Translations under genes and position numbers: made by a program
In this document: positions 9,281 to 19,700 of the stretch, piece after piece
Layout of the letters: the number at the start of each line of letters is the position of its first letter
Numbering within the stretch: position 1 is the stretch's first letter
Notes under the pieces: generated by a model
Database searches by the model: none
Told to the model about the DNA's origin: nothing
The model's input: the letters and a program-made list of their open reading frames with translations, nothing else
Assembly (NCBI GenBank): GCA_031364405.1
Contig: JANLWG010000137.1
Span: 1 to 50,387, forward strand
DNA: 50,387 bases
Direction of reading: 5' to 3'
Origin: Hyphomicrobiales bacterium
GTDB taxonomy: Bacteria > Pseudomonadota > Alphaproteobacteria > Rhizobiales > Aestuariivirgaceae

Positions 9281-11647
9281 ATGACTGAACATGCCGGCCA
9301 CGCCCACGACAAGCATCATGATCGCCAGCACGGTGCGATGCCGATTGCAGCCCCGGCGGGCGGCGTTATCGATCCCGTATGCGGCATGACGGTCGATCCC
9401 AAGACGGCGGAGCACAAGGCGGAATACAAGGGAGTAACCTATTACTTCTGTGCTGCGGGCTGCAAATCAAAGTTCGTGGCCAACCCAGCGAAATACCTCG
9501 ACGCGAGTGCCAAGATCGCTGAGCCTGTGGTCGAGGGCGCTATCTATACTTGTCCGATGCATCCGGAGATCCGCCAGGTGGGACCGGGATCCTGTCCGAT
9601 CTGCGGAATGGCGCTCGAACCGCTGACGGTGACCGCCGACAGCGGCCCCAATCACGAGCTCTTCGACATGACTCGCCGCTTCTGGATCGGACTGGCGCTC
9701 GCCATTCCCGTCGTGGCGCTCGAGATGGGTGGGCACTTCACCGGCCTTCACATGCTGCTCGGCAAGCAACTTTCCAACCTTCTGCAGTTTCTGTTCGCCA
9801 CGCCCGTGGTGCTCTGGGCAGGGTGGCCGCTGTTCGTGCGCGGGCAGCAGTCTCTGGTCACCCGCAATCTCAACATGTTCACGCTGATTGCCATGGGCAC
9901 GGGTGTCGCCTGGGTCTACAGCGTCATTGCAACATTCGCCTCGGCCATCTTCCCGCCAGCTTTCCGCGAGGCGGATGGTTCGGTGGCGGTCTATTTCGAG
10001 GCGGCTGCCGCCATCACGGTACTTGTGCTGCTCGGCCAGGTGCTCGAGCTTCGTGCCCGCGACCGCACATCGGGTGCCATCAAGGCGCTTCTCGGCCTCG
10101 CCCCAAAGACAGCCCGGCGTCTTGGCCCCGATGGCAGCGAAGAGGAAATCGCCCTCGACCTCATCGCTGTTGGCGACCAGCTGCGGGTGCGGCCGGGCGA
10201 GAAGGTCCCGGTCGATGGCATCATCACCGAAGGCCGCTCGGCGCTTGATGAATCGATGGTGACGGGAGAATCGATGCCCGTCACCAAGGAGGTGGGCGCC
10301 AAGGTGATCGGCGGAACGCTGAATGCCAGTGGCGGTTTTGTGATGCGCGCCGAGAAAATCGGCGGCGAGACCATGCTTGCCCGTATCGTTCAAATGGTCG
10401 CCGACGCCCAGAGAAGCCGGGCGCCGATCCAGCGTCTGGCCGATCAGGTCTCGGGCTGGTTTGTTCCGGCAGTAATCGGCGTTGCCGTGCTGGCGTTTGC
10501 CGCCTGGTCGATGTGGGGACCGGAGCCGCGTTTGGCCTATGGCCTCGTCGCGGCGGTCGCGGTTCTCATTATTGCCTGCCCCTGTGCGCTGGGACTTGCG
10601 ACACCAATGTCGATCATGGTGGGTGTCGGCCGTGGCGCGCAGATGGGCGTCCTCATCCGCGATGCCGAGGCGCTGGAACGCATGGAAAAGATCGACACCA
10701 TCGTGGTCGACAAAACGGGCACACTGACCGAAGGCAAACCGTCGGTTACGTCCATCGCTACTGTCGATGGACAGGACGAAAACGAACTGCTGCGCCTTGC
10801 CGCATCGGTTGAACAAGCAAGCGAGCATCCCTTGGCCGCCGCCATCGTCACGGCAGCCAAGACGCGCGGTGTCGCGATCGCCAAGGTCATGGGTTTTGAT
10901 TCACCGGCCGGCAAGGGTGCCATCGGCATGGTGGGCCGCAAACGCATTGTCATCGGCAATGCCAAATTCCTGGGTGAACTCAAGATTGCCAGCGAAGTTC
11001 TTGCCGGCCAGGCCGAAGCCATGCGGCGCGACGGCGCCACGGCGGTTTTCGTGGCAATCAACGGCAAGATTGCCGGGGCCTTGGGAATTGCCGATGCCGT
11101 AAAGCCCACGACGCCGGAAGCGCTTGCCGCTCTGCGTGACGCAGGTATTCGGATCGTGATGCTCACCGGCGATAACCGTACCACGGCTGAAGCAGTGGCC
11201 AGGCGCCTCGGCATCACCGAAGTGGAGGCCGACGTTCTTCCTGACAAGAAGGCGGACGTGGTCGCCAAGCTTAAGGCCCAGGGCCGCGTCGTCGCCATGG
11301 CCGGCGATGGTGTCAATGATGCCCCTGCCCTTGCCGCCGCCGATGTGGGCATCGCCATGGGCACCGGAACCGATGTTGCGATGGAAAGCGCCGGTGTCAC
11401 CTTGCTCAAGGGTGACCTGACCGGCATCGTCCGCGCGCGGCTTCTGTCACGGGCGGTGATGGGCAACATCAGGCAGAATCTGTTCTTCGCCTTCATCTAC
11501 AATGTGGCCGGGGTTCCCATCGCGGCAGGGGTTCTCTACCCGGTCTCCGGCATCCTGCTGTCGCCAGTCATTGCCGCGGCGGCCATGGCGCTAAGTTCGG
11601 TGAGCGTCATTGGAAACGCCTTGCGTTTGCGCACGATAACATTGTGA
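9281..11647 (+). CDS. copA: Cu(I)/Ag(I)-exporting P1B-type ATPase with His-rich, YHS and YTCPMHP N-terminal domains
   Basis: DPVCGM..YYFC (YHS), YTCPMHP..CPICGM, TGES, CPC, DKTGT, SEHPL, GDGVND, YN and MALSS motifs. Confidence 0.95.
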   Translation: MTEHAGHAHDKHHDRQHGAMPIAAPAGGVIDPVCGMTVDPKTAEHKAEYKGVTYYFCAAGCKSKFVANPAKYLDASAKIAEPVVEGAIYTCPMHPEIRQVGPGSCPICGMALEPLTVTADSGPNHELFDMTRRFWIGLALAIPVVALEMGGHFTGLHMLLGKQLSNLLQFLFATPVVLWAGWPLFVRGQQSLVTRNLNMFTLIAMGTGVAWVYSVIATFASAIFPPAFREADGSVAVYFEAAAAITVLVLLGQVLELRARDRTSGAIKALLGLAPKTARRLGPDGSEEEIALDLIAVGDQLRVRPGEKVPVDGIITEGRSALDESMVTGESMPVTKEVGAKVIGGTLNASGGFVMRAEKIGGETMLARIVQMVADAQRSRAPIQRLADQVSGWFVPAVIGVAVLAFAAWSMWGPEPRLAYGLVAAVAVLIIACPCALGLATPMSIMVGVGRGAQMGVLIRDAEALERMEKIDTIVVDKTGTLTEGKPSVTSIATVDGQDENELLRLAASVEQASEHPLAAAIVTAAKTRGVAIAKVMGFDSPAGKGAIGMVGRKRIVIGNAKFLGELKIASEVLAGQAEAMRRDGATAVFVAINGKIAGALGIADAVKPTTPEALAALRDAGIRIVMLTGDNRTTAEAVARRLGITEVEADVLPDKKADVVAKLKAQGRVVAMAGDGVNDAPALAAADVGIAMGTGTDVAMESAGVTLLKGDLTGIVRARLLSRAVMGNIRQNLFFAFIYNVAGVPIAAGVLYPVSGILLSPVIAAAAMALSSVSVIGNALRLRTITL

Positions 11648-11784
11648 GGAGCGCTCTCTCTTCTGGATGCCACCAGCGCCACGGCCATGAAATGGACGGC
11701 TATCTCGGCCGGTAGCAGGCTCGACGAGGCGATATGAATGTTGATGACCTGATTGTGCCGGCGCCCCGCGCAGGGTGATGCGGG

Positions 11785-12258
11785 TCAGGTCGGGTTGGTG
11801 CGAAGCCTTGGCCCGATGCCGGTGCGCAGCCGGAGCTCTGCTGGATCGAAGGACCATTGTTGCGCGGCAATGAATACATCGACTGGTGACGCCGCATTGC
11901 CCTGCGCCATCGTCATTCCGGCCATGGACCGGGTGGCCGTATCCGGTTCAACGAGAATGCTGCCATCCGGTTGCCGGTAGCGTGCAAGGAATTCGTCCGT
12001 CATCTTGCGGAACTCGCCGGGGGTCGAGTCTTGCATCGCGCCATGGCCTTCATGACCACCCCCAGTGGCTGGCATCTCCATGACTTCACCACTTGGTTCA
12101 GCGGACTCCCAAAAACGAAGCGGTGCGGCACCGAGCAACGCCCAGAGGCCGTAGAGACTGACTGCGCCCAGACTCGCTGCCGCCACGAAACTGCGGCGCG
12201 TGGTCATGCTTCCGGGTTCTGGCCGGATTTGCACTCGATTGTTCAAGGTATCGCCCAT
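11785..12258 (-). pseudogene. Truncated Tat-exported Met/His-rich protein, possibly cupredoxin-like
   Basis: TRRSFV twin-arginine motif plus a TM helix, a Met/His-rich linker, then VFIAAQQWSFDPAELRL resembling a cupredoxin first strand. The ORF ends before any copper-ligand motif. Confidence 0.5.
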
Positions 12259-12338
12259 AGTTGCAACGTCCCATTGTTGATCATTGAGACGGAACGGCAC
12301 GATTGCCGCCATCACGCCGGCTCGAAAGCCGGTTTGAT

Positions 12339-12713
12339 TCAAACGCCAATGATGATTTTGGGCGGAGGCAGAGGAGGTGCGACGGTTCTTGTCGCAAGCT
12401 TCGCAGTGTCGGTTCGTTCAATGGTTACGCCGAGCAGAGTGAGCGTGGAGGCTTCTTCCGCAGGAGCGGTGAGGACAAAACAGCCCACAGCGGAATTGCA
12501 GGCGGCATGAGCCTTGTGAGCCTGGCGGTTCTTGCCGGCCGGAATTGCGTGATCGCTCATGGCATTCGCGTGTACGTGGTTACTCGCGAAATGCTCCACT
12601 TGCATGGACGATGCCGGACAGACGCCGGCGAGAATAATGGCAATGCCAAATACAATCGGCAGCGCCTGGCACAGTATCCGAAAGGCAAAGAATCTCCGAC
12701 AAAGACCATACAT
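12339..12713 (-). CDS. Small exported His/Cys protein with a C-terminal proline-rich tail (CutF/DUF2946-like candidate)
   Basis: Hydrophobic signal-like N-terminus, His-rich stretch, ACNSAVGC and a C-terminal VAPPLPPPK. Sits in a copper module. Confidence 0.55.
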   Translation of the reverse strand: MYGLCRRFFAFRILCQALPIVFGIAIILAGVCPASSMQVEHFASNHVHANAMSDHAIPAGKNRQAHKAHAACNSAVGCFVLTAPAEEASTLTLLGVTIERTDTAKLATRTVAPPLPPPKIIIGV

Positions 12714-13049
12714 ACGATTAGAATGCCCTCGCCGGGATCCAACCGCCTTGAATTGCATCAAGCCTGTGATCGATCAGTCACAAGGTTGCGCCATGGAGAC
12801 TGCCTTTCTGATTCGGCTCGCTTTGCGGGCGAGGGAGGGAACCCACCTCTACCGACTTCTCGCGGTCTATTCCCCCGCTCCCTGCCGACTCACGCAGAGG
12901 ACTCTAACTGCCGCGGTTTTACTCCGGCGTTGACAACCCTAGAACCAAAAAACCCCGGTGTTTCCACCGGGCCTGTCTATATGACTGTTGCGGAATGGCC
13001 CTCCAAGTAGTCCTTTCCGCCCATATCCTGACAAAACTGTCCCGCCTTC

Positions 13050-14666
13050 TCAGCGAGCGGCGGCCAGTATTATGTCGGCACCCTTTTCGCCAATCATGAT
13101 CGTCGGCGCGTTTGTGTTGGCACCTACCAGGCGGGGCATGATCGAGGCATCGATCACGCGCAGACCTTTCAGTCCATGGACACGCAGTTGCGGGTCAACC
13201 ACTGCCATCTCGTCCGTCCCCATCTTGCAGGTGCCGACCGGATGATAGTGCGAGGAGATGAAACGCGACATGTAGGCATCGATCTCGTCGTCAGATTTGC
13301 AAGCGGAACCCGGATCCAGTTCCTCACCCCGGAAATCATCGAAGGCACGTTGCGCGTGAAGGCGCCGTGCCAAGCGGAAGGCGTGGCGGTTGAGCACCTG
13401 GTCGGATTTCGCCATGAGATAATTGTGCACGACCACGGGCGCATCTCGGGGGTCACGCGAGCTGATTCCGACATGTCCGATACTTTCAGGCCGAAGCCCA
13501 CACCAGTGAATATTGTAGCCGTGAAACTTGGGAAAATGATCAGGCGAACCATTCGGGTTGATGGCTGATGGTATCAGGTAATATTGCAGGTCAGGCCGTT
13601 CGAGTGCGGGATCGCTCTTGAGAAAGGCCATGGTGTTCATCGGGAATATGGACAGCGGTCCACCGCGCGTGAAAACATATTGCAGGATTGCCCCTGCAAG
13701 TTTGAACGGTCTGGTCATGTTATAATAGGTGATCGGCTTGGTGCAGCGGTGCTGGACAAAGGAGCCGATGTGATCCTGCAGGTTCTTGCCCACGCCCTTC
13801 AGCGCATGAACGCAGTCGATACCCTGTGCCGAGAGCACGGCTGGATCGCCGATACCCGAGAGCATGAGAAGTTGGGGCGAATGATAGGCACCCGCCGAGA
13901 GGATGACCTCCCGGTTGGCGGAGATTTTCCGCGTTTTACCCTTGTATTCCAGTTCGATTCCGGTGACGCGCTTTCCGTCCATGATGAAGCGAAGGGCGCG
14001 GGCCTTTGTCCAAACCGCGAGGTTCTTGCGGCGCAGAGCAGGCCACACATAGGCGCGTGCCGCGGAGCAGCGCATCGGAATCAGGTGAGTGTGGGTGTAC
14101 TGGGTCCAGACAAAGCCTTCCTGATCCTCGCCGTTGTAGTCGGGATTGAATTTATATCCCGCCTCTGTACCTGCTTTCAGAAAGGCATCGAACAACGGCA
14201 TCCGGTAGCGGCCGAAGGCGGTGCGCAGCGGTCCCTTAGTGCCGCGAAGGTCGCTCGCTGTCCCATTCCACGATTCCGCCTTCTTGAAGTAAGGCAGCAC
14301 GCTTTCCCAATCCCACCCGGCATTGCCGAGCTGGCGCCACTCGTCATAGTCACGGTGATGGCCGCGCACGTAAATCTGCCCGTTGATCGAGGAACTGCCG
14401 CCCAAAACGCGGCCACGTGGCAACGGCACCTGATAACCGCCGAGACGGGGTTCGGGTTCGCTCCTGAATTGCCAATCGACGGAACTGCCGACCATGAAGA
14501 CCTCGCCGGTCGGCATGTGGATGAGCGGATGCCAGTCGCGCGGGCCTGCTTCCACCAGCAATACTTTGTTGCCGGGCTTTTCGCTGAGCCGCGCTGCGAG
14601 AACGCAGCCGGCTGAGCCGCCACCGATGACGATGAAGTCAAATTTCGAGTCTGCTCCGGGAGACAT
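13050..14666 (-). CDS. GMC-family FAD oxidoreductase (choline dehydrogenase-like)
   Basis: GGGSAG, RGRVLGGSSSIN, GVGKNLQDH, YHPVGTCKMG and GANTNAPTIMIGEK. Confidence 0.93.
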   Translation of the reverse strand: MSPGADSKFDFIVIGGGSAGCVLAARLSEKPGNKVLLVEAGPRDWHPLIHMPTGEVFMVGSSVDWQFRSEPEPRLGGYQVPLPRGRVLGGSSSINGQIYVRGHHRDYDEWRQLGNAGWDWESVLPYFKKAESWNGTASDLRGTKGPLRTAFGRYRMPLFDAFLKAGTEAGYKFNPDYNGEDQEGFVWTQYTHTHLIPMRCSAARAYVWPALRRKNLAVWTKARALRFIMDGKRVTGIELEYKGKTRKISANREVILSAGAYHSPQLLMLSGIGDPAVLSAQGIDCVHALKGVGKNLQDHIGSFVQHRCTKPITYYNMTRPFKLAGAILQYVFTRGGPLSIFPMNTMAFLKSDPALERPDLQYYLIPSAINPNGSPDHFPKFHGYNIHWCGLRPESIGHVGISSRDPRDAPVVVHNYLMAKSDQVLNRHAFRLARRLHAQRAFDDFRGEELDPGSACKSDDEIDAYMSRFISSHYHPVGTCKMGTDEMAVVDPQLRVHGLKGLRVIDASIMPRLVGANTNAPTIMIGEKGADIILAAAR

Positions 14667-14698
14667 GGTCCACCTGATTTTTAGATATTGCGTTGCGG

Positions 14699-15487
14699 TC
14701 AGGCTGCGGCGGCAGCCATGGCCTTGTGAACTTCCGTGTGAAGATTGTGGTGAATGCGCTTCTTGAGTTCGACGCAGGGAAGTGAGGTCAACAGGTCGTA
14801 GGTTCGCGGGTGCGGGAAGTCGACGGATATGGTGTCGATGATGCGGCCCGGCCTTGCCGACATGACATAGACTTTCTCGCCGAGGAACAGCGCCTCGTCG
14901 ATGTCATGGGTGACGAACAGCACCGTCTTCTGGTTCTTCTCCCAGACACCGAGCAGAAGCTCCTGCATCACCGTGCGTGTCTGGCTGTCGAGGGCACCGA
15001 ACGGCTCATCCATAAGCAGAATCTTCGGGTCATTGGCCAGCGAGCGAGCAATCGCCACGCGCTGTTTCATGCCGCCGGAGAGCTGCTTGGGATAGGCATT
15101 TTCAAAGCCGCCGAGCCCCACCGAATTGACATAGGAACGGGCACGGTCGATGCGGTCTTTCGCGGTAATCTCCTTCAGGCTAAGTCCGAATTCGACATTC
15201 TTGAGAACGGTGAGCCACGGAAACAGCGAGTAGTTCTGGAATACCATGCCACGCTCCGCACCAGGCCCGCTGATGACTTCGCCATCAAGTTTGCACTGAC
15301 CGCCGGATGGCTCCTTCAGTCCGGCGACAATATCGAGAAGGCTTGACTTGCCACACCCGGAGGGACCGACGATCACCGCGAACTGCTTGTCAGGAATCTG
15401 TATCGACAGATTGTTGAGCGCAATGACGCTATCACCCTTGCGGGACTTGAAGTTGAGGCTGAGATTTTCGATTGAAACGGCACCCAT
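14699..15487 (-). CDS. NitT/TauT-family ABC transporter ATP-binding protein
   Basis: GPSGCGKS, LSGGMKQR and LLMDEPFGALD. Confidence 0.95.
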   Translation of the reverse strand: MGAVSIENLSLNFKSRKGDSVIALNNLSIQIPDKQFAVIVGPSGCGKSSLLDIVAGLKEPSGGQCKLDGEVISGPGAERGMVFQNYSLFPWLTVLKNVEFGLSLKEITAKDRIDRARSYVNSVGLGGFENAYPKQLSGGMKQRVAIARSLANDPKILLMDEPFGALDSQTRTVMQELLLGVWEKNQKTVLFVTHDIDEALFLGEKVYVMSARPGRIIDTISVDFPHPRTYDLLTSLPCVELKKRIHHNLHTEVHKAMAAAAA

Positions 15488-15499
15488 GATGACCTCCTC

Positions 15500-16309
15500 C
15501 TAGAGCTGTCCAGCCCATGGCAGACAGACTCTCTTGATCCACTTGAAGAACTGGTCGGTGACCATGCCGAGGAAACCGATCACCAGAATGGCCACGAAGA
15601 TCAGGTCGGCATGAAGCCCGCGCATTGCCTGCATGCTCATGTAACCCAGCCCTGAATTTGATGCGACGAGTTCGGCGACGACCAGATAGGTCCAGGCCCA
15701 GCCCATGGTAACGCGCAATGTGTCCATGACGCCCGGCAGGGTTGCGGGAAGCAGCACGCGCATGACCACTTGCCGGCGATTAGCCCCCAGCGTATAGGCC
15801 GCGTTGAACAATTCGTTCGGCACCTGTGCCGAGACATCGGCCAGCATGACGATCTGTTGGAAGAATGTGCCGATGAAGATCACCGCGATCTTTTCCTCGA
15901 TCCCGATGCCGATCCACAGGATGAGTAGCGGGATCATCGAGGTGACCGGCAGGTAGCGGATGAAGTTGACGCCCGGCTCAAGGGCTGCCTGCACCAGCCG
16001 GAAGCTGCCCATCATGATGCCCAGCGGAATGGCGATCAGCGAAGACAGCAGGAAGCCGAGATTGATCACGACCAGGCTCGACCAGGCATGCTTGAACAGG
16101 CTGCCGTCGGCCATCACCTTCCACAGCGCCAGCAGCACGCGGTGCGGCGGCGGGCAGAAGGTCGTATCGACCAGCCCGCCATACGTGATGACGCACCACA
16201 GGAGCAGGATCGATCCGGCAATGAGGCTCCCCGCCCCGAGCCCCAGCGCACGGGAGATTTCCCGGCGCGGGGTCAGGACACGTAACATCGTACCGTAGCC
16301 CGTCGCCAT
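15500..16309 (-). CDS. NitT/TauT-family ABC transporter permease
   Basis: TM helices, EAA-like loop AAYTLGA, and AWTYLVVAELV..SGLG. Confidence 0.92.
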   Translation of the reverse strand: MATGYGTMLRVLTPRREISRALGLGAGSLIAGSILLLWCVITYGGLVDTTFCPPPHRVLLALWKVMADGSLFKHAWSSLVVINLGFLLSSLIAIPLGIMMGSFRLVQAALEPGVNFIRYLPVTSMIPLLILWIGIGIEEKIAVIFIGTFFQQIVMLADVSAQVPNELFNAAYTLGANRRQVVMRVLLPATLPGVMDTLRVTMGWAWTYLVVAELVASNSGLGYMSMQAMRGLHADLIFVAILVIGFLGMVTDQFFKWIKRVCLPWAGQL

Positions 16310-16314
16310 GACTG

Positions 16315-17286
16315 CTACCCGTTGACGAAGGAATAGTCGATCATGTCGGCGGGCTTCACCTCGACTTGGATGCGGCCGAAGCTCTTCCAGATTTCGAGCG
16401 CGGCTCCAAGTGTCTCGGTGAGTTGGCCAGGAGATTCCGGTGTTCCGAAGAACGCAACATTCTTCGCCTTGTCGAGGTACTCAATGCCACTCAAGGTTTC
16501 CGCGAAGACCTTCGGATCTTCCAGCCAGCCGCCGACGCCCTTGGCCATGATCGCATTGGCGTCATCCGGGTTGGTCTTGATATAGTCCAGCGCTTTGTAC
16601 CAGGCACGGACGAATCCAGCGATGTCGTCCCTCTTTGCCACAGCCGTCTCGGCGGTCACCGCAACGACGTCGGTGATGAGACCGGGCTTGTCGGCGCTGG
16701 TCAGCAGTATATGACCATTTTCCGCCTTGGCGCCTTGGCTCAATGCAGGCTCCCAGGTTACCGCCGCATCGACCTGGCCCGCGGCGAACGCCACGCCTGC
16801 ATCGGTTGCCGCCATGTTGACGGGTTCAATATCCGCTTCCGACATGCCCGCATCCTTGAGCAATGCATTGAGAAAGAACTGCGACACCGATCCCTGTTCA
16901 AAAGCGACCTTTTTGCCCTTCAGGCCTTCGATCGAGGTGATGTCCTTGGTGGCCACCACACCGTCGCCGCCCTTGGAATTATCGACGGCGAGAACATAGT
17001 GCAGCATCTTGCCGGGCTTCATGTAGATAGGGAATTCATCGACCGTCGAGGCGACGATATCTATCTGTCCCGCGACCAGCGCGCCCATCTTGATAGCGGT
17101 GTCTTCCATGATGACGATCTCGACGTCGACTCCTTCATCCTTGAAGAAGCCCTTGTCCCGCGCGATGTAGAATGGGCCATAACCAACCCACGTCGAGTGG
17201 GCGAGCTTGAGTGAACCTGCATCCGCTGATCCGGCCAACAGCATGATGGAACCGAGCACGGCGGCTCCGAATAGTTTGTTCAGCAT
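16315..17286 (-). CDS. NitT/TauT (SsuA/THI5-like) ABC substrate-binding protein
   Basis: Signal peptide; WVGYGPFYIA.DKGFF, S.GGDG and DAAVTWEP. Confidence 0.9.
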   Translation of the reverse strand: MLNKLFGAAVLGSIMLLAGSADAGSLKLAHSTWVGYGPFYIARDKGFFKDEGVDVEIVIMEDTAIKMGALVAGQIDIVASTVDEFPIYMKPGKMLHYVLAVDNSKGGDGVVATKDITSIEGLKGKKVAFEQGSVSQFFLNALLKDAGMSEADIEPVNMAATDAGVAFAAGQVDAAVTWEPALSQGAKAENGHILLTSADKPGLITDVVAVTAETAVAKRDDIAGFVRAWYKALDYIKTNPDDANAIMAKGVGGWLEDPKVFAETLSGIEYLDKAKNVAFFGTPESPGQLTETLGAALEIWKSFGRIQVEVKPADMIDYSFVNG

Positions 17287-17301
17287 TTTTACCTCCCTTG
17301 G

Positions 17302-18264
17302 TTATGTGAGACTTCGTTGATGCATGATCCGGCCAATGAAATTCAGCAGCAGTTGCGCGGCCAGAATTGCCGTTGTGCCGGTGTGGTCGTAGTCGGGTGC
17401 CACTTCGACGAGATCGACTCCGACGACGGGCCCCCGCTTCACGAGGCCCGCAAGCAGTTCGAGGATTTCGTAGTAAACGAAGCCGCCATGGCTCGGCGTT
17501 CCGGTGCCGGGTGCTATCGAGGGATCGAAGCCATCGATGTCGATCGTCACGTAATAGCGGCGATCACTCGGGATGCGCGCAAGCACTGCGTCCACCCCGA
17601 GCTTGCGGAATTGCCGGACCGAAAGAATGTCGGAACCCATGCGGCGGGCATCCTCATAACCTTCGCGCGCCGTCGACGAGACATTGCGGATGCCGATTTG
17701 GGTGAGACCCGTGACATATGATTTTTCGGCTGCCCGGCGCAACGGGTTGCCGTGGCCGAACCGCACCCCATGGCGCTCGTCGACGAAATCAAGATGAGCA
17801 TCGATCTGCACCACATGGATGGGTCCGTGGCCGCTGAATGCGTTGACGCAGGGAATGTTGATCGAATGATCGCCACCCAGCACGACGGGGAGCGCCCCCG
17901 CGGCGAGGATCTTGCGCACACCGAATTCGATGTTGGCGTGGCTGTTGACGGTGTCGGTGTGAATGATGTCGGCATCACCGATATCAACCATGCTAACCTT
18001 GTCGGCTTGCAGATAAATGACGTCGTCCTCGTGGTCATAGGCACCGGCGTGGCCAAAGGAGAACAGCGTCGACGCTTCGCGAATGGACCGTGGCCCGAAA
18101 CGGGCGCCGGAGCGCCATTGGGTACCAAAATCGTAGGGTGCGCCCAGAATAGCTACATCCGCTTCGATCTTGTCCCAATCCAGACAAACCGGGGACTTGC
18201 CAAAGGTGCTGATGCCGACAAAGGGCAGATTCAGGCGACCTGATTGATATCCGTGACCGGACAT
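17302..18264 (-). CDS. Agmatinase-like ureohydrolase (arginase family)
   Basis: GARFGP, GGDHS, DAHLD and DIDGFDPSIAPGTGTP metal motifs. Start taken at the ATG at 18264. Exact substrate is not determinable. Confidence 0.88.
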   Translation of the reverse strand: MSGHGYQSGRLNLPFVGISTFGKSPVCLDWDKIEADVAILGAPYDFGTQWRSGARFGPRSIREASTLFSFGHAGAYDHEDDVIYLQADKVSMVDIGDADIIHTDTVNSHANIEFGVRKILAAGALPVVLGGDHSINIPCVNAFSGHGPIHVVQIDAHLDFVDERHGVRFGHGNPLRRAAEKSYVTGLTQIGIRNVSSTAREGYEDARRMGSDILSVRQFRKLGVDAVLARIPSDRRYYVTIDIDGFDPSIAPGTGTPSHGGFVYYEILELLAGLVKRGPVVGVDLVEVAPDYDHTGTTAILAAQLLLNFIGRIMHQRSLT

Positions 18265-18362
18265 GCAGCCTCCCTGGCCCAGATGAAGTTTGGCACGATA
18301 TCGATCAAATTTACGCTGAAAAATACCTTTCTTTCCCGCGTCACAATGATAAATACAAGTGT

Positions 18363-19274
18363 ATGGGAAGGCGACAAACCAAGATACCCTTTGCTCCAAC
18401 CGACTTGCGGCTCTTGCGTATCTTTCAGGCCGTGGTTCGCCATGAAGGTTTCGCCTCCGCCCAGAACGAACTCGGAATTTCACCGGGAACGATCAGCAAC
18501 CACATTGCCCAGCTCGAAGCACGCTTCGGCGTCAGGCTATGCGAACGGGGCAGGAAGGGATTTTCCCTCACCGACGAAGGCGTCCGTATTCACGAGGCCG
18601 CCGAAAACCTGCTCAGGTCGATCGAGAATTTCAGCGGCATTGTCGGGTCGGTACGCGGCGAACTCACCGGGGCGGTGCATTTCGGCACCGTCGATGCGAT
18701 GTATACGAACACCGACCTACAACTGCAAAAAGCCCTGGCGAGGTTCAATGAACTTGCGCCGCGCGTACAAATCCATCTCGAAATCGCGTCACCACAAGAC
18801 CTGCTGCAGCGGCTCCTGGACGGCCGCTATTCCCTGATCCTGACGCCAATCGACGACGCTCATCCTTCGCTGAATGCTGTCCGGCTCTTTGATGAGCAAC
18901 AATCACTCTACTGCGGAGCGCAACACGAGTTGTTCAATACTTCCGACGGCGAACTGACACTTGACCACTTGCAGCAATTTCCCTACGCGGCGCGTACTTA
19001 TATGAAGGAGAATGCCGGCCCGACCAATCTTTCATTCCAGAGTTCAGCCCTCACTTCGCACATGGAGAGCCTCGCCATACTTATCCTTTCGGGACGCTAC
19101 ATCGGCTATCTGCCATCCCACTTTGCAGCACCCTTTGCCGAACGCGGCGAAATGAGGAGCCTGCTGTCCAGCACAATTTCCTATTTCGATACTTTCTATC
19201 TGGCCCACAGAAGGGATGAACGCAGTCGGGCGATGGCGCTGCTGTTCAGATGCCTCAACAGTCAAGCAATCTAG
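18363..19274 (+). CDS. LysR-family transcriptional regulator
   Basis: N-terminal HTH (DLRLLRIF..GFASAQ..ISNHIAQLE..LCERGRKGFSLT), 303 aa, divergent from the ureohydrolase operon. Confidence 0.93.
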   Translation: MGRRQTKIPFAPTDLRLLRIFQAVVRHEGFASAQNELGISPGTISNHIAQLEARFGVRLCERGRKGFSLTDEGVRIHEAAENLLRSIENFSGIVGSVRGELTGAVHFGTVDAMYTNTDLQLQKALARFNELAPRVQIHLEIASPQDLLQRLLDGRYSLILTPIDDAHPSLNAVRLFDEQQSLYCGAQHELFNTSDGELTLDHLQQFPYAARTYMKENAGPTNLSFQSSALTSHMESLAILILSGRYIGYLPSHFAAPFAERGEMRSLLSSTISYFDTFYLAHRRDERSRAMALLFRCLNSQAI

Positions 19275-19589
19275 CCATGCGGTGATTCCTTCTGGAAAAT
19301 ACCTCACCTTCCCGACAAACTGCACCAAATCTGAGCCAGACCCAATTTTGGAAGAGCTTTTGCATCAATGCCGGTAGGATGGTGGATCGGAGACGGTTGG
19401 TGTCCAGTTGCTTGTCGACCAGCACATGGTCCTATCGCCCGCGGTTTTGGCAGGCCATGGCGACTGGGAGTGTGTTCATCTTGACCTTCAACTCCAATGC
19501 ATGCTGGACTTAGATGCAAATCCAAAATACTGTATGTGAATCCAATTCTCATTTGCTAACGGTCGGAACGCGGTACGTAACAAACATCA

Positions 19590-19700
19590 GACGGCATAAT
19601 TGTCGGCGCGGGCTTCGCAGGCATGCGCATGCTGCACAAGGCGCGGCAATTAGGTCGCCGGACAACAGTGATCGAGGCCGGAAGCGATGTCGGCGGCAAC
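19590..19700 (+). pseudogene. N-terminal remnant of a flavin monooxygenase (Baeyer-Villiger type)
   Basis: My translation of a frame not in the ORF list reads DGIIVGAGFAGMRMLHKARQLGRRTTVIEAGSDVGG. Similarity is lost after that point. Confidence 0.6.

Noticed and set aside
9467-11496. Long antisense ORFs (453 and 319 aa) opposite copA, and similar shadow ORFs across the window
   Set aside because: They are antisense or alternative-frame shadows of clear genes in GC-rich DNA, with no motifs.
18265-18362. Guanidine riboswitch ahead of the ureohydrolase
   Set aside because: The intergenic region is short and AT-rich with no recognisable ykkC or ACGR hairpin motifs. The divergent LysR explains regulation.
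18265-18483. 73-aa N-terminal extension of the ureohydrolase; similar extensions on phyR and the deacetylase
   Set aside because: The ureohydrolase and deacetylase extensions overlap neighbouring genes, and the phyR extension overlaps its promoter. Family similarity starts at downstream ATGs.
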